Positions 43,543 to 54,001 of a stretch of 64,000 nucleotides of DNA are shown here, one piece after another. The number at the start of each line of letters is the position of its first letter. Position 1 is the first letter of the stretch. Source of the stretch: an uncultured Nitrososphaeraceae archaeon (lineage in GTDB: Archaea > Thermoproteota > Nitrososphaeria > Nitrososphaerales > Nitrososphaeraceae); contig CAVSMN010000008.1 of assembly GCA_963729045.1 (NCBI GenBank), forward strand, positions 36,444 through 100,443. The letters run 5' to 3'. The notes under the pieces are model-generated. The model searched no databases. It was not told where the DNA came from and saw only the letters and a program-made list of their open reading frames with translations. The position numbers and the translations under genes are program-made.

Positions 43543-44202
43543 TTGCATCATTTCTTATTTTATGAGACAATATTTATTTTTCTAGTTTTTTTGGGAACTA
43601 TTACCTTTTCAAATCAAGTCTGGGCGACTTCCCCAAATTCTGATTTAGTTACCACTTCTTCGTCAAACTTTAGTGGAACAGTAACAAAAGTCATAGATGG
43701 AGATACTCTTGATGTAACGACAACAGAGGGAGAAACAATAACAGTAAGGCTTGCATTAATAGATGCACCAGAAACAGATGAATCAGGATTTGATGAGGCA
43801 AAAAATTTCATGACAGAACAATGTTTGGATAAGAATTCAGAGGTAGATCCAGATAATAATCAAGGACTTACCTATGGTCGAACAGTTGCAGTTGTATATT
43901 GTGACGGTGTTAACGTTAATGAAGCGATACTAGATAATGGTTTTGCTGATGTTTATCAAGATTTCTGTGATGTATCTGAATTTGCTGATTCAAATTGGGC
44001 ACAAGAGCATGGCTGTTCATCAAACAGTAGTAATAAAGATAATGATGACAATGTAGAGTCTAGTGGTATCAATAATAATCAATTGGATAATGATGGTAAG
44101 GATTTAGATTGTAAGGACTTTGATGAGAAGAACATCCCGGTTGGAGGCAATGATCCAAATAACCTTGATGCTGATGGCGATGGCATAGGTTGCGAAGGAT
44201 AA
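43543..44202 (+). CDS. Secreted thermonuclease (SNase) with C-terminal Excalibur-like motif
   Basis: KVIDGDTL, VRLALIDAPE, YGRTVA, VNEAILDNGFA; DPNNLDADGDGIGCE. Confidence 0.92.
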   Translation: MHHFLFYETIFIFLVFLGTITFSNQVWATSPNSDLVTTSSSNFSGTVTKVIDGDTLDVTTTEGETITVRLALIDAPETDESGFDEAKNFMTEQCLDKNSEVDPDNNQGLTYGRTVAVVYCDGVNVNEAILDNGFADVYQDFCDVSEFADSNWAQEHGCSSNSSNKDNDDNVESSGINNNQLDNDGKDLDCKDFDEKNIPVGGNDPNNLDADGDGIGCEG

Positions 44203-44495
44203 TGGTACACCAACTGTGAATGATGGAAAGTGCAATAACTAACGATAACCTGAAAACGATATGACCTCGCATTCGATTATTCTAAATCTCTTAAATTTTT
44301 TATTTATTAAAGACAAGTGCATCATATTGATATTGCTATAATTTTTTCATAAAATTATATAGCATATGTTGGCCCGCAAATCTTATGATGATTGGTCCAT
44401 ATCAAGAAACACTCATTCCATTTCTTCTGTCATTGGTCCACTGAACCATTCATAGAAGTAATTCTATACTCTAAAAAAGGAGGAAGAAGGAGAGG

Positions 44496-45140
44496 TTATT
44501 TAAAAGGTAATGGCTTGAGTGTGACGGTTAGAGTACACGACTGAGACTCTCCTGGAAATATCCTATTTTCACATGATGAGGAGCCTAAATCCATGGCATA
44601 ATTCTCAAGCAAGTAGGATAAATATACATATATTTTCCCTGGTGCCTGAACGGTATATTTTACACCATTTTCAGAATGTTTTGCACAAGCAGGAACAGCA
44701 GATATTTCTTTATTGCTTACTATCAATTCAGACCCTACACAAACACCAACATTTTGTACATATCGATAATTATCATCACTAATTCCTTTAAAGATGGTAG
44801 AAATAGTCAAGTATGCATCTCCACTTTCTACAAAGTCTTCATCAGGAAGCGGTTCCTCAACTATCACCATGTCATCATTAGGTTTTTCCAATATTGATTT
44901 GTCCTTCACAAAGGGACTCTGTTCCTCTTCGTTTGGCTCTTTGACTATCACCATGTCATCATTAGGTTTTTCCAATATTGATTTGTCCTTTATCAAAGAA
45001 GTTTCCTTCTCATCTTGAGCGAAAACTTTTTGAAGTTTATTATCTAGGTCTAAATTGATTGAAGTTGTTGAAAGAGTAACCAATAAAGCAGTAAAAACAA
45101 GAAACTGAAAAATCAGAGATTTTTTATTAACCATTATCAT
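44496..45140 (-). CDS. Secreted hypothetical protein with internal duplication
   Basis: Signal peptide; 2x KDKSILEKPNDDMVIVxEP. Confidence 0.75.
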   Translation of the reverse strand: MIMVNKKSLIFQFLVFTALLVTLSTTSINLDLDNKLQKVFAQDEKETSLIKDKSILEKPNDDMVIVKEPNEEEQSPFVKDKSILEKPNDDMVIVEEPLPDEDFVESGDAYLTISTIFKGISDDNYRYVQNVGVCVGSELIVSNKEISAVPACAKHSENGVKYTVQAPGKIYVYLSYLLENYAMDLGSSSCENRIFPGESQSCTLTVTLKPLPFK

Positions 45141-45238
45141 ATTTTGATTCTACTTCCATTGCTATAAAGGCTTTTTCTATAACATAAGATCAGTTGATGA
45201 AATTATTTTATATATCCATATGAGTTGATAAGAAGTGT

Positions 45239-46153
45239 ATGACAATTAAAAATTGTAAAGAGCACTTTATTTTGTTAATTGCATTAGTATTAACAGCTAG
45301 TTGGATATTAGGTTCGTATGTCGAATTTAGCATATTCACAAACGATAGGAGGCGTCGATTTAAGTAAAATTCCAGGATTGCAAAATTTAACCGGATTCAA
45401 TAATGTACCTACAGCTGATAATGGACAGGGTACAGAGGAAGGACAGGGTACAAATAATGTGCCTACAGCTGATAATGGACAGGGTACAGAAGAAGGAAGG
45501 ACAGGGTACAGGACAGAAGAAGGACAGGTACAGAGGAAGGACAGGGTACAAGAAGAAGGACAGGTACAGAAGAAGGACAGGGTACAAATAATGTACCTAC
45601 ATTGGACGATGCTTCTGATGAACCAAAATCCAATCAAATAAAGATATCATTTACAGGAACAGTGACACAGATGGACGATAGATCAAATCTATTATATGGC
45701 AATGTGAAGGTCGGAACTCCAATAACTGGTGAATACACTTACAGACTTCCAACAAAGGATACAAATACAGATCAGACTGTGGGAGATTATCCACATGACA
45801 GAAAGGCATTTGGAATAACGGTCAATGTAGGGGGATTTGTTTTTAAAACCGATCCCAAGAATGTCAATTTCTTAGTTGAACTTGTGAACCGGGACACAGA
45901 TCACTATTTGTTAAGAAGTTACAATAATCTTCCACTATCTGATACAATCCCAATTGAGCATATCTCTTGGCAATTAGATGATGAAACAGGAAATGCACTT
46001 TCTAATGACTCATTAAAGTCAGCTCCAATTCCTCCCATTCTGCAAAACTGGAAAGATCCGTATGGCCTGACAATAACCGGTGGAGCTGATCGCGATCCTA
46101 CTCAATCCTTCTTTGTACGGGCTCATATAGATTCAGTAAATTTGATTTCTTAA
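45239..46153 (+). pseudogene. Secreted protein with GQGTEE tandem repeats, frameshifted
   Basis: ATG 45239 signal peptide, ORF 45318.., repeat tract, then globular domain ORF 45602..46153. Confidence 0.65.
45399..45600 (+). repeat. Nested tandem repeats (18-bp GGACAGGGTACAGARGAA within 54-bp units)
   Basis: About 9 GGACAGG(G)TACA units and 3 AATAATGTRCCTAC units. Confidence 0.9.
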
Positions 46154-46241
46154 AGGATTGCTTAACAAACATCATGTCATTTTTTTATTTATTTTGTGCC
46201 GATTTCTCGGTTCTATAGTTGGTTTGCTTAATATACGGACA

Positions 46242-46296
46242 TTGAACCTCAGTTCGAGAGACGTAGATTCATTCCGTTTCCCCCTCCTCCACCCAA
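46242..46296 (+). repeat. Family A site A11 (degenerate)
   Basis: TTGAACCTCAGTTCGAGAGACGTAGATTCATTCC..., CCTCCTCC tail like A13. Confidence 0.5.
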
Positions 46297-46487
46297 CTAT
46301 GTTTGAGTTCCTCTTTGATCACAGAACGGTCGACACAAAATTACAAATGGCATATCTATTCGCCCACTCACTAAGCAGAGCTACAACTAGTTTGAAAGGT
46401 TCATGCTGTTTTGATATACAGTCACAGCACCATCGTACATAATTTTATTGAATTCTTTACCATCATTTATTTTCATACTTTTTCTTC

Positions 46488-46943
46488 TCAAGATTGAATC
46501 AACTGTTTCAGTTCCTTGGTTAGAGCATCTATCTTTTCAGGATTTCCCAAGTACTGGGCTCTTGTGTTCTGAAAAGAGGTAAATTTCCACCCTTGATCAG
46601 TCTTAACTGCAACAATAGTATGTATAGAATTTCTTTCATGGTTAATGCTATTACTACCTCTCTCAATCGTTCCGCTTATTCCTACAACGATAGCGACAGT
46701 GGGTATGGGGAATCTTATGTGCTTAACCTTTCCGACCAAGCGGGTGCCTCTTACAAATTTGTCAAATAGCATTGCATGGAACGTTATTATTTGCTGCTTT
46801 CCTTCCAAATAGGTTCCATCAAACCCAATAAAATCAGCATCTTCTGAATAGGGTTCTGCAAACTTTGCGGCATCACCGATATTCCATCCACATATCTTTT
46901 TTTGGTAAAGTTGTTGTATTTCTTTTGAGTCAGTCTCAGGCAT
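46488..46943 (-). CDS. SgcJ/EcaC-like NTF2-fold protein (DUF4440)
   Basis: WNIGDAAKFAEPYSEDADFIGFDG...WKFTSFQNT. Confidence 0.85.
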   Translation of the reverse strand: MPETDSKEIQQLYQKKICGWNIGDAAKFAEPYSEDADFIGFDGTYLEGKQQIITFHAMLFDKFVRGTRLVGKVKHIRFPIPTVAIVVGISGTIERGSNSINHERNSIHTIVAVKTDQGWKFTSFQNTRAQYLGNPEKIDALTKELKQLIQS

Positions 46944-47292
46944 CTTTCGTCACCGCCCCAAAATTTTGGCTTTTGTGCAGTTGGGATTCAACGATCATTT
47001 TGTCATTTGGCTTTAGGAGAAGCTTGACACCTTTTTGATCTTGTCTGCCTCCAACAATCAGCTTAGTTTGATCACTCGAATTGATTATGCTATCTACAAA
47101 TAGTTCGATAGATTCAACCCTAAACCCTTCGAACCAAGTCGAAAGATCGTCAATATCTATTTCAAACAGGTCAAAAAATTTCTTGTCCTTGTAATGTGAA
47201 AGATCTTGCGGCAAGTGCACATCTTGTTCTTTAAGTCTTGGAAAAACCAGTTGGATTTTCTTTGTTACTTTCGATTTATTTTCCATAGCCAT
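46936..47292 (-). CDS. Hypothetical protein
   Basis: 118-aa ORF overlapping the start of the downstream gene (operon-like). Confidence 0.7.
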   Translation of the reverse strand: MAMENKSKVTKKIQLVFPRLKEQDVHLPQDLSHYKDKKFFDLFEIDIDDLSTWFEGFRVESIELFVDSIINSSDQTKLIVGGRQDQKGVKLLLKPNDKMIVESQLHKSQNFGAVTKDA

Positions 47293-47385
47293 ATTACATA
47301 TTACTCAAAATATAAATGTTTTAGTTTTTGAGTATTTTAGAAGTTAAACATATATGATAAAGGATATCAACACAATCATAGAATA

Positions 47386-47895
47386 ATGAAGAAGGATATT
47401 GACTACACCCGTCAAAACCTGATAGAACTTTTGCATAAGCAATTTCGTGAACTTAGCAGCCGGACCGTCCTGTTCCACCATTGGATAAGTGAATTATTGG
47501 GCCTTAACACAATAGACCACAAGTGCCTAGACATAATAGTCAAATCAGATTCCCCACTGACGGGTGCACATCTAGCCAATATCACGGGCCTATCAAGCGG
47601 TGCTATAACCGGAGTGATCGATAGGTTAGAGAAGCGTGGATACGTTATCAGGGACAGAGATCTGAAGGACCGTCGACTGGTATATGTAAAGCCGATTATG
47701 TCTAGGATTGAAAAGGAGGTTTTCCCCGTCTTTAATTCTCTCCACGAGATAATGACAAAGGTTTATTCAAATTACTCCAACAATGAGCTGGAGTCTATGC
47801 TCGATGCTACTACCAAAATTAATCAGATAATGAACGAGAGAACCAAAGAGATAATGGAAAAGATATCACAAAGAAAAACCACAAAAAAAGGGTAA
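47386..47895 (+). CDS. MarR family regulator
   Basis: LANITGLSSGAITGVIDRLEKRGYV.R..D..DRR. Confidence 0.92.
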   Translation: MKKDIDYTRQNLIELLHKQFRELSSRTVLFHHWISELLGLNTIDHKCLDIIVKSDSPLTGAHLANITGLSSGAITGVIDRLEKRGYVIRDRDLKDRRLVYVKPIMSRIEKEVFPVFNSLHEIMTKVYSNYSNNELESMLDATTKINQIMNERTKEIMEKISQRKTTKKG

Positions 47896-48234
47896 ACAAT
47901 TTAGAATAAAAAACCATTAAAAATATAAAACTTGTTACTTGAGTTGGAAAAAGATTAACTTATGATTTAAGCCATTCTGCCGTTACAAAAAAATGTGAAT
48001 AACCGATAACATATTGAAATAATTTTTTAATTTATTATCACATTTTTTTATAAAGAATTAGCAGATTTGGAAAAATTTTGTCACGACAATATATCCATGA
48101 ACATATGACATATTAGATAAATCCGACTATGATGTATGTATGAATGTGTGAGTGGGTGGACTCGTGTCCAAACAGCCCTAGTCAATTTTACCTATTGAAT
48201 ATGAAATTCTCACTTGTTAGGTCTTAAATGTAGA

Positions 48235-48705
48235 TTACTCATTATTCATTCTCCCATTTACCTCAGTCCCAACAAAATTCTCAAGTCTTTTGACATACCA
48301 ATCCCAACCCTCATTGTGTTCATCATATTGTAATCTATCTGCATTTGTAAACCCGCTATGGACTAAAGTTAATCTCGTTTTATCCTTGTCTATCTGATCT
48401 AGTTTCCAAGTAACAATGGTTTCCTTACTGTAATCAGGTTTTGTTGTAAAGTTCCAAGTATAAGATAGCTCTTTATTTGGGATGATACTAATGATTGTTC
48501 CAATAACATCGTGATCTTTTTTTTCTTTAGTGACTTCCTTTGAAAATCTAAAAAATATTTTTCCCCCGACTCGTGGTTCTACGGTCGCCATGTTGGGAAA
48601 CCACTGAGTCAGTTGCTCAGGATCGATTAGAGATGAAAATACTTTGTCCACTGATGCATTTATTACTATTTCTTTTTTAATAATGTCATAATTTTTATCA
48701 TTCAT
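48235..48705 (-). CDS. SRPBCC/AHSA1 domain protein
   Basis: INASVDKVF..LIDPEQLTQWF, TRLTLVHSGF, HNEGWDWY. Confidence 0.9.
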   Translation of the reverse strand: MNDKNYDIIKKEIVINASVDKVFSSLIDPEQLTQWFPNMATVEPRVGGKIFFRFSKEVTKEKKDHDVIGTIISIIPNKELSYTWNFTTKPDYSKETIVTWKLDQIDKDKTRLTLVHSGFTNADRLQYDEHNEGWDWYVKRLENFVGTEVNGRMNNE

Positions 48706-49028
48706 TTCTTTTCCTTTTCCTTTTCCTTATCACTTTTTTCCTCTACAAGCACTTTAAGATCTTCGAGACTTTGTCCCCACATTTTATCAAAAAAATCTTT
48801 TATTTCCATAGTTGTTTTAGGATTAATTGAATATCTTTTTTTCTGTCCTTCTCTAGTTTCCTTTATTAGATCTGCATCCTTTAAGATTCTTAAATTGGTA
48901 GATACAGCAGCCAACGTTGTATCAAAATGCTTGGCTATCTCCGTAGGATACATTTCGTGTTCTCTTAGAAGCAATAAAATACGCCTTCTATTATCTTCCG
49001 CCAATGCTTTCCAAAGCGACCCTGCCAT
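48702..49028 (-). CDS. ArsR/SmtB family regulator
   Basis: WKALAEDNRRRILLLL, AVSTNLRILKDADLI; typical ArsR-SRPBCC pair. Confidence 0.9.
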   Translation of the reverse strand: MAGSLWKALAEDNRRRILLLLREHEMYPTEIAKHFDTTLAAVSTNLRILKDADLIKETREGQKKRYSINPKTTMEIKDFFDKMWGQSLEDLKVLVEEKSDKEKEKEKK

Positions 49029-49093
49029 TACTATAATAAAATAGTTATATAGTTATTTAAATCTTTAAATATTGTCTATCATATCTATATTCA

Positions 49094-49861
49094 ATGTCAA
49101 TAAAAGAACAAAAAGAGAAAAATGATAAGAAAGAGAAGTATGTTTCTGATAATCATAAAATAGTTTCACAAAGTGAATGGATGGAGGCTCGTAAAGATCT
49201 GCTAGCAAAAGAAAAAGAATTTACCATTTTGCGTGATCAACTTAATCAAGAGAGACGAGATCTACCATGGGTTCAAGTTAATAAAGAGTATGTCTTTGAT
49301 GGGCCAGATGGAAAACAAACTTTGTCAGAACTTTTTGATGGAAGAAGTCAACTAGTAGTCTATCATTTTATGTTTGGTCCAAGCTGGGATGCAGGATGTC
49401 CAAGCTGTTCCTTTTGGGCCGACAACTTCAATAAAATAATTATACACCTGAATCAAAGAGATGTGACTATGATTGCCGTATCACGTGCTCCATACAACAA
49501 GATAACTGCCTACCAAAAGCGGATGGGCTGGGATTTTAATTGGGTCTCTTCTTATGATAGTGATTTTAATTTCGACTACCACGTATCTTTCACGCAGGAA
49601 GAATTAGCAAAGAAAGAGGCGTTTTATAATTATGTTGCACAAGACATAGGTGTTTCAGAGAAGGAAGGAGTCAGTGTATTTTTTAAGGATCCTGCAGGTC
49701 ATATTTTTCACACCTATTCAACCTATGCGCGTGGTATAGATATGTTAAATGTAGCATATAACTATCTTGACTTGGTTCCCAAGGGTCGAGATGAGAGAGG
49801 TCACGAATTTCTGCAATATTGGGTTCGTCGTCATGATGAATATGGTAAATATGGTAAATAG
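49094..49861 (+). CDS. DUF899 thioredoxin-like protein
   Basis: LFDGRSQLVVYHFMFGP, GCPSCS, HTYSTYARG, LDLVPKGRDE. Confidence 0.92.
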   Translation: MSIKEQKEKNDKKEKYVSDNHKIVSQSEWMEARKDLLAKEKEFTILRDQLNQERRDLPWVQVNKEYVFDGPDGKQTLSELFDGRSQLVVYHFMFGPSWDAGCPSCSFWADNFNKIIIHLNQRDVTMIAVSRAPYNKITAYQKRMGWDFNWVSSYDSDFNFDYHVSFTQEELAKKEAFYNYVAQDIGVSEKEGVSVFFKDPAGHIFHTYSTYARGIDMLNVAYNYLDLVPKGRDERGHEFLQYWVRRHDEYGKYGK

Positions 49862-49970
49862 CTACCACCTATCCTTATTTCTATTTATTCATACTCTAAT
49901 GCGATATTGTCAAGTAGTTCTGGTCCGTGAATGCAAGAAAGGAGTTTAAATCCCATCTTCGCTATATTAG

Positions 49971-51437
49971 TTAACGGTTAATGATCTGACGGAGAGATTG
50001 TATCAGTTGAGAGAGAGTTCCATTATTGGACTTTGCACTAGAATTATTAACATCTTTAAGATTGTCAAGCATTCCACTTTTATTATTTGAACTATTAAAA
50101 TCATTTGAAAGGGGATTGACATTAGCTGGGCTAGTATCTTCATTATCTAGCAAGGATAAAGTACTATTAATCAGACTTGGTGCCTGCTTGACAAACACTA
50201 CTCCTTTCAAACTAGCATCATTTTTATCAAAGTAATCAAAACGTCCAGGTTGAGTAAAGTTGTAAGAAAACTTATCACCGGTATTCATATAGTCAGAATC
50301 AAAAAGTGGAATTCCAACTCTACCCGTCGTGATGCCGTTATTTACGAAAGTATTATTGTTAATGGAAGTAACAGTATGTACGGATGAATGATTGTTGGTC
50401 CATACGACGATAGTGCCGATATCAACAACAATTTCATTTGGTACAAAGTTTACCGTTCCAAAGAAGCCGTTCTTCTCAGCCGCTTTTATTTGAATATCTA
50501 CTGCTTTATCTTTTTTCAACTGGGCATTTTCACTACCTCTAGTATCGTTAATTTGGGAACTTTCATGAAGCTGACCTCCTGTTGATAAGTTCGCCTCTCC
50601 ACCCTTTGAAGCAGACTCGGTTGTATTGTTTTTTTGTCCAATTTGACTATTAGTTAAATTATTTGGTACAATCGGGTTAGAACTGGTCGAATTAGACCCT
50701 GTAGAAGCTGAAGTGGTGGTTTTGTTTGTGCCTGTTATAGATTCTTCTAATCCAATTGTAGATGTATTGAGATTTGTAACTAAAGGTGGCGCTAGGCCTT
50801 CATCATAGGACGCGGGTAAGAGCAACTTGAATGAGTTGATCATTTGCTCTACAACAGGAAAGTATCTATCAAATTTTTCCTCTTGTCCAACGTAAGTAAC
50901 AAAATATGCAGTATTGTTTAACAAAATTCCAGTTTCAAAGTTTTTAAGTGTAATCGGTTCTTGACCATCTTCGCCACTGAGAACTTCGGTAAAAGTCAGA
51001 GAATAAGCAGGTTGACTCGAAAGAGAGTCAGAAGTTGAAGATTCAATTAATGTAAAGTTATTGGCGATATCTTTGTAAGTGTTGATCGCTTCTGCTAAAT
51101 ACTCATTTAGGTCGACTTCAGAGAAAATTCCATCGTCCCTATTTATCGTTACGTATTCAATGTAAGTATCATTGTAGGTTTCAAACGGCGATACAAACTC
51201 TGCGATAAGGTTGACTCTGTCTTCAGGCGTTATGTCTGTTTCATTCACTGACCAGGTTGATGGATAATTCATTGATACATTGTCATCGTAATTAAAATAA
51301 TGATACATCTGTGTGGTCTGAACACCACTTACGTTTCCTTGATTTTGTCCCAGTATATAATTATCAGTAAGAGAGGGTATCAACAATAGAATTGATGGAA
51401 TTAATGTTAAACAAATTAAATTACGATAAGTAATCAA
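49971..51437 (-). CDS. Secreted PsbP-like + cupredoxin-fold protein
   Basis: Signal peptide; SMNYPSTW...VEQMINSF; FVPNEIVVDIGTIVVWTN...HTVTS...FSYNFTQPGRFDYF. Confidence 0.8.
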   Translation of the reverse strand: MITYRNLICLTLIPSILLLIPSLTDNYILGQNQGNVSGVQTTQMYHYFNYDDNVSMNYPSTWSVNETDITPEDRVNLIAEFVSPFETYNDTYIEYVTINRDDGIFSEVDLNEYLAEAINTYKDIANNFTLIESSTSDSLSSQPAYSLTFTEVLSGEDGQEPITLKNFETGILLNNTAYFVTYVGQEEKFDRYFPVVEQMINSFKLLLPASYDEGLAPPLVTNLNTSTIGLEESITGTNKTTTSASTGSNSTSSNPIVPNNLTNSQIGQKNNTTESASKGGEANLSTGGQLHESSQINDTRGSENAQLKKDKAVDIQIKAAEKNGFFGTVNFVPNEIVVDIGTIVVWTNNHSSVHTVTSINNNTFVNNGITTGRVGIPLFDSDYMNTGDKFSYNFTQPGRFDYFDKNDASLKGVVFVKQAPSLINSTLSLLDNEDTSPANVNPLSNDFNSSNNKSGMLDNLKDVNNSSAKSNNGTLSQLIQSLRQIINR

Positions 51438-51542
51438 ATATTTCCCTATATTGCAAATAACTGTCTGATTGAAAAACCTTGCGCGAATATTCGAGAATAA
51501 TTAGAAAAATAATATTTTAGTTCGTTTTAATTTACCTTAAGG

Positions 51543-52019
51543 TTACTTTGACATCTTTGCAAAAGCCTCCTCTGCAGCCTTTTTCATTTCTTCTGTGGTA
51601 AGATCTTTTATGTGCGTCATTATTGACCATCGATGTCCAAAAGGATCCTCAATGCTTCCAAGTCTATCTCCCCAAAATTGATCTGTTACTGGATCTAACA
51701 CCTTTGCTCCTTCAGATACTGCAAGATTAAACGTTTTATCTACGTCCTCAACATACAAAACCAAAGAAACGGGGCTTCCCCCAATTGTGGTAGGCGAAAG
51801 GAACTTCATCTCTAAAAACTCGTCTCCTAGCATAATCAATGAATCTCCTATTTCGAGTTCAGCATGAGCAACTTTCTTTCCATCAGGCATCATCATACAT
51901 GCTCGTTGGTTAGCTCCAAATACCTTTTTATAATACTCGATAGCCTTTAACCCATCGTTTACAATCAAAGCGGGTGTGACGGAATGATATCCATCGGGAA
52001 TTTTTTTTACTTCAGTCAT
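51543..52019 (-). CDS. VOC/glyoxalase (PhnB-like) protein
   Basis: IPDGYHSVTP, HAELEIGDS, DQFWGDR.G...DPFGHRW. Confidence 0.92.
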   Translation of the reverse strand: MTEVKKIPDGYHSVTPALIVNDGLKAIEYYKKVFGANQRACMMMPDGKKVAHAELEIGDSLIMLGDEFLEMKFLSPTTIGGSPVSLVLYVEDVDKTFNLAVSEGAKVLDPVTDQFWGDRLGSIEDPFGHRWSIMTHIKDLTTEEMKKAAEEAFAKMSK

Positions 52020-52370
52020 AGACCCTATTGATAGATAGTAGAATTTATTTTATCTAGGTACCTGCATTTTGAAAATGATTATAAAATATCCCCCCTATTG
52101 TTGATAAATATTCTATGATTTGTGATTATAGCATTTTGTGCTGGTCATTTCTATGAGTTAATTTTCTATAGACTTGTAATTCAAATATGAATCCGAATTT
52201 TGCATTCACGACTTCATATTACATTCTCCTCATTTTTATCAAATTCATAAAGAACTAGATTTCTTGTTTTAGAACAAGACTCTATGGTTGCAAAAACGTC
52301 ATAGTTAACATGGTTGCAAGAACTAACGAAATGATATAGGATATAAGGATAAATGTAATATCACTAACAT

Positions 52371-52739
52371 ATGAATAAAATGAAATGCAAGAAAGAAATG
52401 CGTGTAGTTTTTGGAATCTTATTTGTTTTTGGGATGGTATTGATAGTAGCAAAAGGTACGTTGGATTCAGTGTATGGTCAGACAAATTCAACAATGAACC
52501 AAACCAGCACTCCGCCCACTACTAACACTAATACTACTACTACTCCAGCAATAACAACATCCGCAGAAGAAGAAGCAACTGAATCAATAAAAGGAGCAAT
52601 AACTGAGACTGGATCATTCCTACGTAACGTTACGGAAAAAATAGCTACGTCAAAGTCAGCAGGAGCAATTCTTAATGAAACTTCAGAAGTATTAGGTAAC
52701 GCCTATGTTGAAGCTAAAAAATTCTTTAGCCTCAACTAA
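52371..52739 (+). CDS. Secreted T/N-rich hypothetical protein
   Basis: Hydrophobic N-terminus, low-complexity linker. Confidence 0.65.
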   Translation: MNKMKCKKEMRVVFGILFVFGMVLIVAKGTLDSVYGQTNSTMNQTSTPPTTNTNTTTTPAITTSAEEEATESIKGAITETGSFLRNVTEKIATSKSAGAILNETSEVLGNAYVEAKKFFSLN

Positions 52740-52891
52740 CTAGTTGACCTCATACTAACTAGTAGTACTATTCACACCCCGAAACAAGGAATTATTTAAT
52801 TTGGGATAAATCTAAATTCGGGATATTCAAATTTTTCCCCAAGTTACAATCTTGTAGACATAAAATTAATAAAACAGCCATCATGGTCACA

Positions 52892-52930
52892 GAAAAGCCA
52901 CAATTATGCGGTATGGATTAATCTCACTCT
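52892..52930 (+). repeat. Family A site A12 (degenerate)
   Basis: CAATTATGCGGTATGGATTAATCTCACTC versus A14 GATTATATGGTATGGATTCGAGTCTCACTC. Confidence 0.5.
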
Positions 52931-53167
52931 TAATTAAGATCGAGCAAAAGTTTGACACTTAAACAAAGGTTCGATTTTGGTTCTAAATAAATAATGTCAT
53001 CTTTTGTCCTAACTGCCTTTAATCTTATGATGCAATAATAGTTTAATAACTTAAATCCCAAAGGTAGCTGGTACTTTTGATGTTATATAAATTGCTATAT
53101 ATTGGTCATCATTATCAATCAAGTCCATTATTTACTAAATCTATAAATAGTTACGGTCATAATTTAA

Positions 53168-53468
53168 TTGATGGAATCATTACACATTGGAAATGATAAA
53201 AAATTCAATACTTTGGTACAAGGAATGTCGATCATGCTGTTACCTCTTCTATTTATGACTACAACAGGGACTCTTACTACAGTAAATGCAAGTAGTGATG
53301 ATAGCGCAAGTTGTTACGAACGTGGAATAATCGATGGTGAAGATCATCCATTTAATCAAAGAACATACGATAACTGTAGAGATCAGGTACTATCAAGGCT
53401 TTATTGAAGGGTGCATGTCAGTAGACGGCAATTCAAGAGATTTATGTGAAAGCGCCACAGACGCTTAA
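53168..53468 (+). pseudogene. Small secreted Cys-containing protein, frameshift near 53383
   Basis: CYERGIIDGEDHPFNQRTYDNC then YYQGFIEGCMSVDGNSRDLCESATDA in another frame. Confidence 0.6.
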
Positions 53469-53770
53469 TACTTCATTTAAAATTTAATATTATAGAATTA
53501 TTAAATTATTACAATAAATCTAAATTATTCTAATACATCAAAAGAACCAAATTAACTATGATGTAATTTAATCGTAGAAGAATAAAAATAAGCCAAAATA
53601 ATGATTTAAAAATAGTAGTAACTGTTAGGGTAGAAACTAGTGAATGTTAAGCATATTATTTTCATAATTTTGTTTTAATATTTATATGCCAGTTAAGATT
53701 TTTCCAATACACACAATAGTCTTTTAACATTGTCGGATGTTTGTTCAGAAATAAATTACTACTTTGGATT

Positions 53771-53808
53771 AATGCATGATTACCTGTCACGTAGATAAAT
53801 CTCATCTC
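53771..53808 (+). repeat. Family B site B4
   Basis: AATGCATGATTACCTGTCACGTAGATAAATCTCATCTC. Confidence 0.6.
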
Positions 53809-53857
53809 ATCTCTCATCCTCTTCTCAAATAATGATCTAACTCTTAATACTAGGATG

Positions 53858-53925
53858 TCGATAGAACCCACGCCTTAAAGACACAGATTCCAATCCCATC
53901 TCCTCCTCCCATCCAATAACTTCGT
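53858..53925 (+). repeat. Family A site A13
   Basis: TCGATAGAACCCACGCCTTAAAGACACAGATTCCAATCCCA...AACTTCGT. Confidence 0.65.
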
Positions 53926-54001
53926 GTTTTGACCAAAGGGTGAAGTTAACAAAAAAGCGATATGCTTAAATTCTACGAAATGATATTGATATTGTTGAGT
54001 A

